NCBI RefSeq assembly: GCF_009914755.1
Contig: NC_060936.1
Source: the human T2T-CHM13v2.0 reference genome, Homo sapiens
Direction: 5' to 3' (one strand)
Length of the DNA stretch: 64,000 bases
Below the pieces are notes generated by a model, which was not told where the DNA came from, searched no databases, and was given only the letters and a program-made list of their open reading frames with translations. Position numbers and translations under genes: made by a program. Position 1 is the first letter of the stretch, and every line of letters begins with the position of its first letter. Shown one piece after another: positions 1-14,605 of this stretch.

Positions 1-406
1 TATGCATGTGTGTATGTATGCGTGCATGTATGCGTGTGTGTATGCGTATGCGCACGTGCATGTGTATGTGTGTGTATGTTTATGTGCACGTGCCTATGTG
101 TGTATGCATGTATGTGCATGTGTGTATGTGTATGCACATGTGCATGTGTGTGTATGTGTACGTGTGTGTATGCGCACGTGCATGTCTGTGTGTATCTGTG
201 TATGTGTATGCGCACGTGCATGTGTGTATCTGTGTATGTGTATGCGCACGTGCATGTGTGTATGCATGTGTATGCATGCGTGTGTGTATGCGCACGTGTG
301 TGTGTGCATGTGTGTGTGTATGCGCACGTGCATGTGTGTATATGTGTGTATATGTATGCACACGTGTATGTGTGTATGCACATGTGTGTGTGTGTGTATG
401 CGTGTG
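1..406. repeat. Complex (TG/TA/CA/CG)n alternating purine-pyrimidine microsatellite, truncated by window start
   Basis: Near-continuous RY alternation with recurring TATGCGCACGTGCATG units. Confidence 0.95.
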
Positions 407-1022
407 TTTGGTGGTATCGGGGCATTGTCCCAGATCACTGCCCAGCTCCTGGCCTTGCTCAGTCTTGCACGCTTTCCAGCCCAGCCCATCCAAGCCCTGC
501 TGCCAACCGCCAGTCCCAGCTGTCTGTTGTGGCAGATGTTTTTGGCTGTGCCATAGCAACGCCAGAACAGGATGTAACTTGGATCACAGCAGGGACAAGC
601 CCACGCGCACAGGCCGCCCATGCCTTTCCCCTCCCTGAAGGCCTGTTGGGAAAGACTGGTCAGGTCCAGGTCGAGGACAAATGGTGTTTGTTGTCTGGAG
701 AGAGGCAGACCTCATGTCCTCTTGGGGTCAGTGGCAGGGGAGTGGGAGGACATAGTGCAAATCCTAGCTGAGCGCCTCCTTCAATGAGCTCAGGTTTGCA
801 TCCATTGGCTCTTCCAGGAGATGCTAAGGGAGTTGCCAGGTAGGACGAGAAACCACCTGTCAGCAAGGCCTGGCCTGTGGGGGCCGGCCTGTCTTCCCCA
901 CGATTATAGCAACTACTCATTGAGGGATTACTTTGTGCTACTTATGCTAAATACTTTCTATAAACAAAGAATATAAAGATTCAGGGGCATTTACTTTGTG
1001 TTAATTACACAGTGCTACCCTG

Positions 1023-1957
1023 TTTTTTTTAAGGAGCGAAGGTTTAATAGGCAAAAGAAAAAGAAAGAGAAAGGAAAACTGCTCTGTTTCTCTAGTGAGA
1101 GAGGGGAGACTTCTAAGAGGAAAAGAGCCACCAGCGGAGGATGCACTGGATTTTATAGTCAGGTTTGAGGAGGCGGTGTCTGATTTACATAGCGAACAAG
1201 ATTACTTCCCTGAACTGTAAACTTCCCGCACATTGCATACACAGAGAGGATAGGAGATCCTTGCTCTGTCGCCCGGGCTGGAGTGCAGAGGCGTGATCTC
1301 AGCTCACTGCAGCCTCCACCTCCCGGGTTCAAGCAATTCTGTCTCAAACAAACAAAACGCAAAGTTGGAGATCCTGCTGCCAAAACCCCGTTGGGCAGTT
1401 GGAGGCCTGGGTCAGTCTAGAAGCCTTTGGATAACACCTGGGGTAGCCCCAGCCAGAAATCCTCAGTTGCTCCAAAACCTCTCCCAGCCCCACGTGACGG
1501 CTAAGTTCTCCATGAAAGGATGCTGGTTCAAACATGTCCAGCAAACCACGGGTGCTGGAGGATTCTCCATGTTCTCCCCAGTAAGACTGACGTCCGAGTC
1601 TTTAAGAATGGCAGCCACACTAACCGTGTTTTTAACTGGCTGATGGATACCCATTATTGATTTGACTTGGTTCTAAAATGGAGGCTGAGAGCCCTGAGAT
1701 GAAAGGTCAGAGGTGGAGTCTGCTCCTCTACTCACCGTTTTGATGAAAGTTGTACCTTGGTATCCGGACAAGGTCCCCATTATGAAGCTGCTATGTTGTC
1801 TGGGGTAAATACCTGGGGTTCGTCATCTCGCACCAGGAAAATTTAGGACATGGACACACATGAAGAGTTTGGGAGTGGAGGTTTAATAGGCAAAAGAAAG
1901 AGAAAGGAAAACAGCTCTCTCTAGCGAGAGAGAGGGGACTTCGAGAGGGAAAGACCA
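1023..1957 (-). mobile_element. Internally deleted ERV1-class element (LTR9/HUERS-P3-like) with processed-transcript architecture
   Basis: Two homologous LTR pieces (1031-1192, 1782-1957); degenerate tRNA-Pro PBS at ~1762-1779; splice-donor-like GGTGAGTA at ~1729-1736; TATAAAA 1151-1157; ATTAAA 1043-1048; A8 tail; family assigned from memory. Confidence 0.75.
1259..1358 (-). mobile_element. Alu fragment inside the ERV leader
   Basis: ttgctctgtcgcccgggctggagtgcag...aagcaattct. Confidence 0.85.
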
Positions 1958-1989
1958 ACAGTGCTAGTCTTTATAATACTACTAGGAGG

Positions 1990-2112
1990 TTATTCCTGTT
2001 TTCCAAATGGGGAAACTGAGGTGGAGAGAGATTCAGTCACTTGTCCCAAGTAGCTGAATGTGTAAATTAAGGAGCTGCAATTGGGACCTAGGACTGTCTT
2101 GCTCCAAAACCC
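1990..2112. mobile_element. MIR fragment
   Basis: Core motif ggggaaactgagg...cacttgtcccaag. Confidence 0.65.
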
Positions 2113-2133
2113 TTGATCGAATGGTAATGCTGC

Positions 2134-2289
2134 CAGGACTGGCTACATAATTTACTAGACCCAGTGCAAAACAAAAAGGCCACGCTCTTGTTTAAGAATG
2201 ATGAGAAATTTCAAGATGGTGACAGCAGAACATGAAAACCAAGTGCAAGGTCTTCGCAAATTTATGCAACTGCCCTGAAGCCAGCCCTG
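2134..2289 (-). mobile_element. MER45A-like hAT DNA transposon
   Basis: TIRs caggactggctac / gaagccagccctg; internal aatttcaagatggtgacagcagaa. Confidence 0.75.
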
Positions 2290-2540
2290 GGCACTGTACT
2301 TCCATTGTCACAGCACGCAGTTCCCTTGCCACCCTCAGACACTCAGAAGGGTGGGCACAAGCAACCTAGAGCAGCTGACAGCCCAAGACAGTAAGCCCCT
2401 GCCTGGCACCCGAGAGCTACAGCGATCCAAAGGTACTCTGTTCCTGGGGACCAATGCAACCCCATCAAAGGGAGGGAAGGAAAGAGCCTTCCACAAAAAT
2501 GCTCTACTGAGTTTCTAGAGCCACGGGCCTGGGAGCTTAG

Positions 2541-3211
<671 letters not shown>

Positions 3212-3242
3212 ACATTTTTTAAATTATAAAAGTAACATAATC

Positions 3243-3912
<670 letters not shown>

Positions 3913-4388
3913 TCACAGAGGGCTTTCTGTCAGGATCCCCGGGATGACATAGACTGCCTCTTCTTTTCCTCAGTGCCTGGCCCACAGCAGGGGCTCCATG
4001 AACCAGAGAGGAATGCCAGAATGAGTGGATGTTATAAAGGGCTTGGCTTGGTTGACCTTTCAGATTCTTCTGGACTCTGAAAAACTCAGGATTCTTTGAT
4101 TCACAGCAAATGCCTAGCATCGACCTGGGGTTCAGTCCCAATATGCCAGGCCCTTGCCAGTCTCAGAAGTGACTTGAGACATGGCCCCAGCCCCAGTGGA
4201 ACTTGGTTTAGCCAGTCATGGGTGTCCCCAAACGTTCCAAGCTTTGGCAAATGAAGCAGGGGCTCCTTTTTAAAAAAGATCTTTATAAAAAATCAAGTCA
4301 ACATGAAATTGGAATACGAAATTAATATAACTGAGGTTTTCCCTCAAATCCTATGCTTTTAAGCTAATGATTCTACAGTCCTAGAACC

Positions 4389-4702
4389 TTTTTTTTTGTT
4401 TTTTTTTTTTTTTTTAAGAGACAAGTTTTACTTTGTTGACTAGGCTGGAGTACAGTGGTGCCATCAAAGCTCACTGCAGTCTCCAACTCCTGGGCTCAAG
4501 CAATCCTCCTGCCTCAGCCTCCCCTTTAGAGTAGCTACATCTATAGGCACATGCCCCCACACCCAGCTAACTTTTAAAGTTTTGTGGAGATGGGGTGTTG
4601 CTTTCTTGCCCAGGCTGGTCTTGAACTCCTGGCTTCAAGCAATCCTCCCACCTCAGCCTCTCAAAGTGAGAGGACTGCAGGCATGAGCCACTGTGCCCAG
4701 CC
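4389..4702 (-). mobile_element. AluJ
   Basis: Diverged dimer with J diagnostics (ctcctgggctcaagcaatcctcc). Confidence 0.9.
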
Positions 4703-4826
4703 TGCAACTAACACTTATGGTTATCAATACTCCCTCCCTTAGTTAACTGTCTTAGGTATCATAATAGCCTTTCTTATATGTATCAAAACTCATACTGAAC
4801 AACAAGTTCTCAGTTGCAAAAGGAGA

Positions 4827-4832
4827 TTTATT
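4827..4832 (-). terminator. SSH1: Distal poly(A) signal AATAAA of SSH1 (cleavage near 4810)
   Basis: tttatt on +; U/GU-rich sequence downstream on minus; [14 protein letters not shown] my recollection of a very long SSH1 3' UTR. Confidence 0.6.
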
Positions 4833-5019
4833 GTTTGCACCTGTCTATAAGTACTTGCCCACAAGTTAAACAAACGCACGCATAAGTCCACAGGGGCTCC
4901 TTTTCATGGCATATCTCATTTACTCCCTCACTCTCTCAGCATCTGTTGAGCATCTACTGCCCTCTAAGCATTGCACACATGCATTAGGGACTATTTTCCT
5001 TGGGGAGAAGATGGTGGGG

Positions 5020-5200
5020 TAGAAATTGCATGAATTTGGAGTCAGGCACTCCCAGCCTCTGCCCCTTCCTGGCTGTGTGTCCCTGACCCACGTTACCTAA
5101 CCTCTCTGAGCATCCACTGCTTCCTCTGTAAAACAGAATCATATCTGCGGTGAGGATTAACTTGGTAATACATGTGAAACCCTTGCAACTAGGAATATAT
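5020..5200. mobile_element. MIR
   Basis: gttacctaacctctctgagc...tcctctgtaaaacagaat core. Confidence 0.7.
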
Positions 5201-5360
5201 CCTCCAATTCCAACAATAACAACCACCATTTATTTATTAGGTAGTGTGCCAGGCAGAAGGGGATTTGCATGCATTATCAGTGAATTCACCAATGACCCCA
5301 TGAAGTAGGTAGCATTGTCAGTTTGTTCTGATCCAATTTCAAGAGCAAGAGGGAGGTCTA

Positions 5361-5385
5361 CCACCACCACCACCACCACCACCAC
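5361..5385. repeat. (CCA)8 microsatellite
   Basis: Direct reading. Confidence 0.9.
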
Positions 5386-5423
5386 AATGTACCATTTGTG
5401 GGATAATTTGTCTTTTTAAAATC

Positions 5424-5719
5424 TTTTATTTTTATTTGTTTTTGAGACACGGTCTTGCTCTGTTGCATAAGCTGGAGTGCAGTGGTTCGATCTCGGCTCA
5501 CTGCAACCTCTGCCTCCCAGGCTCAGGAGATCCTTCACCTCAGCCACTCAAGTAGCTGGGACCACTGGCACACCACCATGCCTGGCTAATTTTTGTATTA
5601 TTGGTAGAGATGGGGGTTCACCATGTTACCTGGGCTGGTCTTGAACTCCTGGGCTCAAGCAATCTGCCTGCCTCGGCCTCTCAAGGTGTTGGGATAACAG
5701 GCGTCAAGCCACCGTGCCC
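5424..5719 (-). mobile_element. AluJ
   Basis: Dimer with T-rich tail. Confidence 0.9.
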
Positions 5720-6243
5720 AAATTTGTCTTTTAGAGTCGGATGCTGGAGCATCCTCTCCTAGGCTGGGAGGTTGCTAATGTAAATGCCACACTGTATTTG
5801 CTGAAGTGGTTTACAAAAAAAAGGAATTTCAGGTTGAAAATGGACTCTTAACAAGGTACTTCAGGATGCACAATTTCCATTTAAAGGCAAAATATGGTGA
5901 ATATGATCTACGGGAAAGAAACACACCTTGTGTCACCCCAATAGCCTTTGGAGCAAGAAGTGGGTCCAATTTCCCAGGGGCTGGGGGCTTCATCTCCAAC
6001 TCATCTGCTTCCTTGCTGAAACCACAAGGGAGATCAAGATGCATCTTTGTCTGGCTTCTTTCTACTTCTGGGGTGGGAGAGACAGCTCTGGGAAGGGTTT
6101 CAGATGATGAGGGAGCAGTTCCTATCTGGCTTCATCAATTTTTAGATGTACCTGTAGGCAAATTACTTCCACTCTGTGGGCCTGTTTTTTCATAAACTGA
6201 GAATAATGCCAACAAGGCAGTTAATAGAAGGATCCCAAGGTAG

Positions 6244-6606
<363 letters not shown>

Positions 6607-7149
6607 TGAGATATGCATCACAGACCACAATGCCCAGTTTGGAGAATTCCAGGGGATTCTTTATGTAAAGCACATAGAAGGTATGTGATAAACATAACCT
6701 GGTTTTAGGAGGCAAGGATGCGTGGGTGGGTGGTGTTTCCTGGGTGGAGCTCTCCTTTAGAAAGGGCTTCTTTACCATAAAGTGAATCCCCCTAAGTTCC
6801 AAGCCGTCCTCTGTGCTGCCTTTGGAGCCTCTCCCGAACATCTTGCCAAGAGGGGGTTCCCCAGGCATAAACACAAACAAGCATGCGGATCCTCCCCAGC
6901 AAAACCACCTCCACTGTAGATGTGATCTGGGATCGTGCCCAACCGCGAGACAGTTACTCTGAGGAGGAAATCAGGGCAAAAGCAGCCCATTACAGGAATA
7001 TTGTCCTAGGGCCTTGAACAAATAAGTATCGGATGAGTTTTATGAACACACATTGTTAGGGTAGTGTGGGTGTTGTCTCCAAAAAGCATGTGTGCAATGT
7101 AATTAGCAAAGCGTGAGCCTACTCAGTTGCATCATATTCTTATTTTGAT

Positions 7150-7295
7150 GGTTTCTAAACTTGGCCATCAGAATTCCCAGGGAATCTCAGAAACATACAG
7201 ATTGCTGGGGCCCATCCCACCCCATTCATGGCTGGAACCCAAAGAGAATTTGTTAGCTATCTTCAACCTTGCCAGAGAACAGTGTCTTGAACCAT
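7150..7295. mobile_element. MER5-like hAT fragment
   Basis: tttctaaacttggc...atacagattgctggggccc. Confidence 0.5.
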
Positions 7296-7375
7296 GACCC
7301 TCAGTGATTTGTTTTTAAAACATTTTACAGAGAGGGCTGCATTATAGCTTGATAACACTATTAGAAGCATCCTGT

Positions 7376-7673
<298 letters not shown>

Positions 7674-7703
7674 AGAAGCATCCCACTAAACTTTTAATAT
7701 TCA

Positions 7704-8028
<325 letters not shown>

Positions 8029-8249
8029 GACTTACCTAGCAGGACTAAATGTGCTAATCAGCATGTGAGCAATCTGGTCTGCTTGATGATTATAATTCTT
8101 TTGGTAAAGTAATAAACTTGCATTCTGGTTTATTCATCAGTCTTTTGAGTCCAGTTGAGAGACAGAGCAAGTCCAGATGAACTGAACAAAATACTTCCTG
8201 GCTCTGCAGGCACTGGAATTTAGGGGTCACGCCCAGGTACTTGTGACAG

Positions 8250-8456
8250 TTAGTGCTCACCAAATACATGTGCCCCATACATTTCCCAGTCTCCCTGGCT
8301 GTTGCATTGGGACCCTGTGACTGGGCCCTGCCCACTGGAAAGCAAGTAGAAATGATGTATCGCATCCAGACAGAGGAGACTGAGTGAATGTGACTCCTCC
8401 CTGACTACACAGCAGAAAGCAAAGAACTCTAAGGAGGCAGAATTTTAAGATGGAAG
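8250..8456. mobile_element. MLT1-like MaLR LTR fragment (continues after the Alu at ~8790-8870)
   Basis: catttcccagtctccctgg...tgtgactgggccctgccca...gtagaaatgatg. Confidence 0.55.
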
Positions 8457-8460
8457 TTGA

Positions 8461-8784
8461 GGTGGCTCACACCTGTAATCCCAGCACTTTGGGAGGCCAA
8501 GGTGGGAGGATCACTTGAAGACAGGAATTAAAGACCAGCCTGGGCAGCAAAGCGAGACTTCATGTCTATAATAAATTGTAAAAATTAGCGGGGCAAGGTG
8601 GTGCACGCCTGTAGTCCCAGCTACTGGGGAGGCTGAGGTGGGAGGATTGCTTGAGGCAGGAGGATCACTTTAGCCTAGGAAGTCGAGGTTGCAGTGAGCT
8701 ATGATGGCACCACTGAACTCCAGCCTGAGCAAGAGAGCCAGACCCAGTCTCAAAAAAAAAAAAAAAAAATTAAAAAAAAAAAAA
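8461..8784 (+). mobile_element. AluJ
   Basis: Dimer, long A tail, TSD atggaag. Confidence 0.92.
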
Positions 8785-9329
8785 TGGAAGCAGCTCTGCC
8801 TCCTGAGTGTCCAAGGGAGAAGAGCCACCAAAAGCTGCCTGGGGTGAAGTGGACTGGGACATGAGCATGCACCTTGGAAACCAGCAGTACTTAGCCTCCA
8901 GGGTCCTCCCTCTCCCACCAGGGCTGGTGGGAGCAGGTTAGATGTTCTTTAGTGCACACCTCTGGCTTTACATTTCCTACTTGTACGGGAAGAGAACCCA
9001 CCCAAAGTCCAAATCCTTTCCTGGTGGGTAACTTTTTTTTTTTGGTACACAAAGGACCACCCACAGGTGGGCCTGTTCTTGCTTACTGACAAAATTAGAA
9101 AGAAAACAGACTAGTTCCAGGAGGAACTATCATTTCTTCCTGTGGTCCTTTCTTTGGTGTAACTTGTCCAGGTTTTCTAGCAAAGAACTGAGCATGTAAT
9201 AGATGCTCAATAAAGACTGGCCATGTCAATGACGATGATGATGACGATGTATCAGACTGTTTTGGCAAGGGCTGAGGAAGCAGTTTCCTTTTATATAAAC
9301 TCAGTCATCAGGAATTTATAAAGAAAAAG

Positions 9330-9335
9330 TTTATT
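9330..9335 (-). terminator. SSH1: Proximal poly(A) signal AATAAA of SSH1 (cleavage near 9310)
   Basis: tttatt on +; upstream U-rich tract and UGUA motifs on minus. Confidence 0.75.
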
Positions 9336-11736
9336 TTCATCACAAGAAGCACACACACTATATACAATACACACCAACAGAAGTAAAAAAAAAGTGCATT
9401 CTGCATCTTCTACTGCAAATTCACAGTACAAAAGATACTGCCTTTAAATATATTATTTAAAAAAACAAGAAGAAAAACAATAAAAAAAATCATCGATATC
9501 TTAACGCAATTCACGGGAACCCACTGGCAGCTTCTGGAAAACCAAACAACTCATGGTGTGGAGCTCCTGATTGGGGAAGGGACAGGGATTGGTCTGTACC
9601 TACATTTTGTTGCAAAAGAGCTCAGGACACTAACAGAGAGGAAAACTAGGGTGGTCTAGGTGGTAATAAAATCTCTATGAAAGAAGAGTATGATTGTGTG
9701 ACTGGGGAATGGGCAGGTGCTGGACTCTGGTGCAGAGGCTGCCTGGCCTGCGCCACCCCACGGCTGGCTAGCAGACCAAGCTACGTTCTTTCATTGGCTC
9801 CTATGGGACACAGCATGGGCCAATGCCTGCCTGGCCTGCAGGAACCGCCAGTGTTGTTTCTAGCAAGGCTCCTTGGAATAGATGTGAACACACAATGTAA
9901 AACTGCATAGCAGGATAAACACGTATGGAGTAGGACAAGCTCACAACCCAATGCTGACCACTACTGACAAGACCAAGTATCCAATCATAACAGATGAGAC
10001 TTTAACAGTTTTGCATAAATACATAGTATTTGTAAACTATTATTAAGGCACTCAATTGTAAAACAATAATTACAGTGTAGGAAAAGAGGGAGGAAGCAGC
10101 TATCTTCTCATGCAGCAAGGCCGACAGGAAGGACAGTGGAGGACTGGTGATCTGCTTATCGGGACTCCTGTCTGAGACAGTGACTGAAGCCGGGGCCCCA
10201 GCACCTATGGCCAAACAAGAAGACGGCAGTCTCTCCAGAACCACCCAGGGCGGCACTGGTCACAGTTTCATTCCAGATCGTTAAGGTGATTTGCTCTGTG
10301 GCTCAGGTGACACAGTGTGTCTGGATGCACATGATCACTTGACTCGGTTTCTATACTCAAATATACAGATGCAGAGTGAACTCAAACACACAGGCATTCC
10401 ACTGCAGAGCAGATGATAACAAAACAAGTGGCTGGGGACAGGGGTCATTCAACAACCTTCATTTGGTTTGCAATGTCTGCAGGAATCTGGGTAGTGGGAC
10501 CAAGACAAGTGAGCCTGCTCTGTGCTAGCCAGGTGTCACCAAGTTTCTGATCTACCCAGCTCTCTTGCCAGAGGTGAAGGGGGTCCCCTCGCTGAGTTGC
10601 GTGTTTAGAGGAGCCCTGCTAGGTGGCCAGCCAATGAGAAGAGTTTTGGGCAAAATGTATTCTGGCACCAACAATTTCCCACCAATGGAAGGCAACTCCC
10701 TCTCCAGATGCCTCAGGTGAGATGACTTAATAGGATCTTGACTAAATTATGTAGCATTTGTTCCCACTAGAGAGAAAAGGTCCCCAGGAGAGTGGTAGGG
10801 AAATTCATCAACCTTCTAGAATGGACTGCCCTCAGATAAGAGTGCATTAGTCCAGGGCCGTGCTGAGGGTCTGTTCTGTTCAAGCTCAGCTCCACACTGC
10901 TGCAAACTCTGGACTTCTCCAGGGGAAAAGGGCTTTAGATTACTGGAATGCTCTTTAGCTGAAGAGGACAGGGTGGAGCAGAATGGGCTTGGACAGTACA
11001 GCTGTCTGTGTGCACCTGGTGAGCAATCTGTATGCTTAAGCAACAGGGTGCCAAGGAGAAGGGCTTGCCACCCAGCAGAGAGCTATTCAACAGCCCAGAG
11101 GTTGGCTGGGGTCCCTGCATGGAGAGCAAGGAAGCAGGGAATGTAAAGAGAAATAAACTCTGCTCTTAGGAAATACATGCAACCAGGGACCTTGCTAGAA
11201 GGCTCGGAAGTAGCCGTAAGACAAAGAAATGGAAATCGGCATTGTCAATTACCATCCGAGAGCAGCCCCGGTTCTCCTCTTCCCGTGACCACTATCCCCC
11301 TTATACTTAGCAAGACTTAAAGAGAAGACTTTCCTGTATCAATGCAAGGTGAAGATGTAGAAAAGTTCAGTCTAACTTTTGGCATGCCACATGAATTAAT
11401 GTGAGGCAGAAGATAAGATTCAGCTGTTTTTTATAAAGAGTATCAAGCTGATTTAGAAAATGTTCCTTTTGTCCCAATTCAACAAATGCATTCAATGAAA
11501 ATGATAGTCATAAAAAACCAGTGACTTGCACAGCACAGACCCCTGCCTCCTCTGCCTGCCTCTTTCCTGTGCCACTTATGTTTGGAATTTTCCCCATCAG
11601 CTAAGGTTGCATACAAAGCAAGGGCCAAGCTATGGCATATGTTACAGTGCAAACTTCCTTTTCACAGACAGCATGAATTCGTCTTTGCCCAGGTGTCCCG
11701 ACACCTGACAGAATGCTCATCTTGTTCATACAGCAT

Positions 11737-12055
<319 letters not shown>

Positions 12056-13093
12056 TAAATAGCCATGTGCCATCTGTTTACATGCAACTGATCTGGGTTT
12101 CCAAAAATAAACCTTACCCTTTTCTCCAGGCCAGGCTATTAAGCATCAAGTCCAGAATGCTTCACTCTGCTCTGTGGACGGGACCAGCGCTCTCGTCTGG
12201 ATGTTGATATGCTAGCTGTGCTTCCAAAAATGAATGGGTAAGTTTGCCAGAAGCCAAAGACCAACTTGTACTCTCCAGATTCCACACCCCACCCCCCAAC
12301 TCTTTAGATAAGAAAAATTATGGCTTTCAAAATTAAAGTTTTCAAAAATATATCATTCTCATACATAGACGTGGTTAAAAAACCAACAAAAGCCTGTCAT
12401 CACTAAATTTAAAAGATTATTTTGACACAAAAATTGATCTACCACATGAAATTTGATTTGGCAAAACATACCGAACTTGATATTTTTTGAGGCTATGCTT
12501 TTGTTGGCTGAGGGAAAGGGGGAACAACCCACAGGGGTTTAGGAATAAGTGGATAATCACCTTTTAAGGTGATTTTAATTGACACTAGTGGGAAAACAGC
12601 TCCCTATAAAGTAATGTATGTATTTTTAAAAATCACTCCAAGGAGACAAAGTCCTGGAGGGAGGATTTTTGCAAAAACTGTGCTCACTAGGTAAAATATG
12701 AACTAGCCTTGTTCCTGCAGATCCCTCCTGGGGTGCTTTCTAGAATAGCTTTGGGGAACACAGTTCTGGCCAATGTTAAGATGATGGCTCACTCACTCAC
12801 TTTCAGAATTCAGCTGGTCCTTGAAGGCTTTCTGGTTTCACTGAGTTAATCTGGCGGACCCAGCTGAGGGCAAGATGGAATTGTGGAAGAGCTTCAGCCA
12901 ACTGTGTTCACCTGCCTTCCCCCATGTACGCAACCTACTCCATCCTGCACAGGTGAGGCTAGTGCGGGGCTGGCAAAGCTTGTGGTCGGGAGGAGGGAAG
13001 GGTCTGGCCTTAGGTGTCAGAGAGGCAGAGGGCTTCACATTTACCCAGTTTCTTCCTACAGGGCCATGAGCAGCCCTGTGTGGCAAATCAAAC

Positions 13094-13359
13094 CAGGGGT
13101 CAGCAACTTTTTCTACAAAGGGCCTGACAGTAAGTACCTCAGGCTTTGTGGGCCACATGAATTCTGTCACATATTATTTCTTTTTTTTACAACTCCTTAA
13201 AAAGGTAAAAGCCATCGCTTGAGCCAGGGAGGTTGATGCTGCAGTGAGTCATGATTGCACTACTGTACTCCAGCCTAGGTGACAGAGCCAGGCCCTGTCT
13301 TAAAGAGGAAAAACCATTCCTAGCTCACGGGGCCACATGCCATAGTTTGCTGACCCCTG
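13094..13359. mobile_element. MER58-like hAT MITE interrupted by a 5'-truncated Alu (13216-13292, +)
   Basis: TIRs caggggtcagcaa / ttgctgacccctg; Alu piece flanked by aaaa(g)ccat duplication. Confidence 0.8.
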
Positions 13360-14605
13360 AATTCAACCTTTCTGCTTTTCTGCAAGCTGCCTCTCTCTCG
13401 AAATGTTTTGACATCTAGCTTGCTGACACCTTTGATTCAAGCCTGGCGCAGCGGGACTGGCTGAGCTCACCTGAGTCTTAAAGGGGCCGCCCACAGAGCC
13501 AGGCAGCGACTACAGATCCCTCTTATACTCCCTCACTGCTGCTGGGAAGAGCTGGAGGGAAACAGGAAGCAGTAATCTCACTGCAGGAAGGGGCAACTGT
13601 AGACATCCGGGAAGCATCCCGACAGTCCCGTTCCTTTCGGGGAAGCCGCTGAAATCTCCTTTCCCTTCCCTAGATGGGCCCTAGTGGACCTAAGCATCTG
13701 GGCTCTCAGCAGGACGATGTGTCTCAGAACCACCACCTGAGCCAGACACTTGAGCAATTTCAAACCTAAACACAATCATGTGTTTCAGCAGCAGACACTC
13801 AACAATGCAGGTGGGCCCTTCCCCTTGAGATTTAAACTTCAGCATTAGCAACAACTGAGAACAACCCATACATTTTCCCCACCGGACCCCTGTGCTGGTC
13901 AAACACGTAACAACACAACCAGGACAGGGCGCCTGCACCACCATTCGGGCACAGAGTCAGCTCAACAACAGCGTGGGACTACTCATCTGATGACTTTACT
14001 CAGCAGTGCTTGGGGCTGTCGGGTTAAAAGTCTTGACACGTCTGGGGTCCCAACCAAAACACAAAACGAAAAATTCTTTTTTTGGAAAAACGCTTTCAGA
14101 CAGAGCATTATTCCCTGGAACAAGCCTTGGTCATTCGTGTGTTTTAAAAATAAAAAGCGCAGCGAGAACAGAGGTAGGACTTAATGTTGCCATCCGAGAG
14201 TTTTCTGCGAGGCCAAGAATGAGCTAGAACGTGTGCCGCGGTGAGGCTGCCACCACCAGGACTCTTCTGCAGGATGCGAAGGGAACAGTCTGGATGTGTG
14301 CGCCTATGTGTGCACGTTCTTCCTAAAACATGGTTCTTCTTGAAGACACGGTGGGAGCGGAGTTTTGTGTCTCCTGGCCGGCGGCTCCTGGTTCTCCCAG
14401 GCCACACGACTGACAGCTCCCCTTCTTGTGCTGCATGTTGGTTAGTTTCTTCTCCTCCTCTCTATGGCAAGAGTAGGGGAAAAGTTAGGATGACTTCACT
14501 CGTTTAAGGGAAATCAAGATGTAAGGGGTCGATCCAAATCCACAGTGAAAGTGAGGGAGGGATCATATGAAAATATCCGCCCAGCCTGACGCAGCAAAAG
14601 GCGGG

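Noticed and set aside
2-771. Five overlapping 159-253 aa ORFs rich in C/V/M or H/T
   Set aside because: Translations of the RY microsatellite, which lacks stop codons
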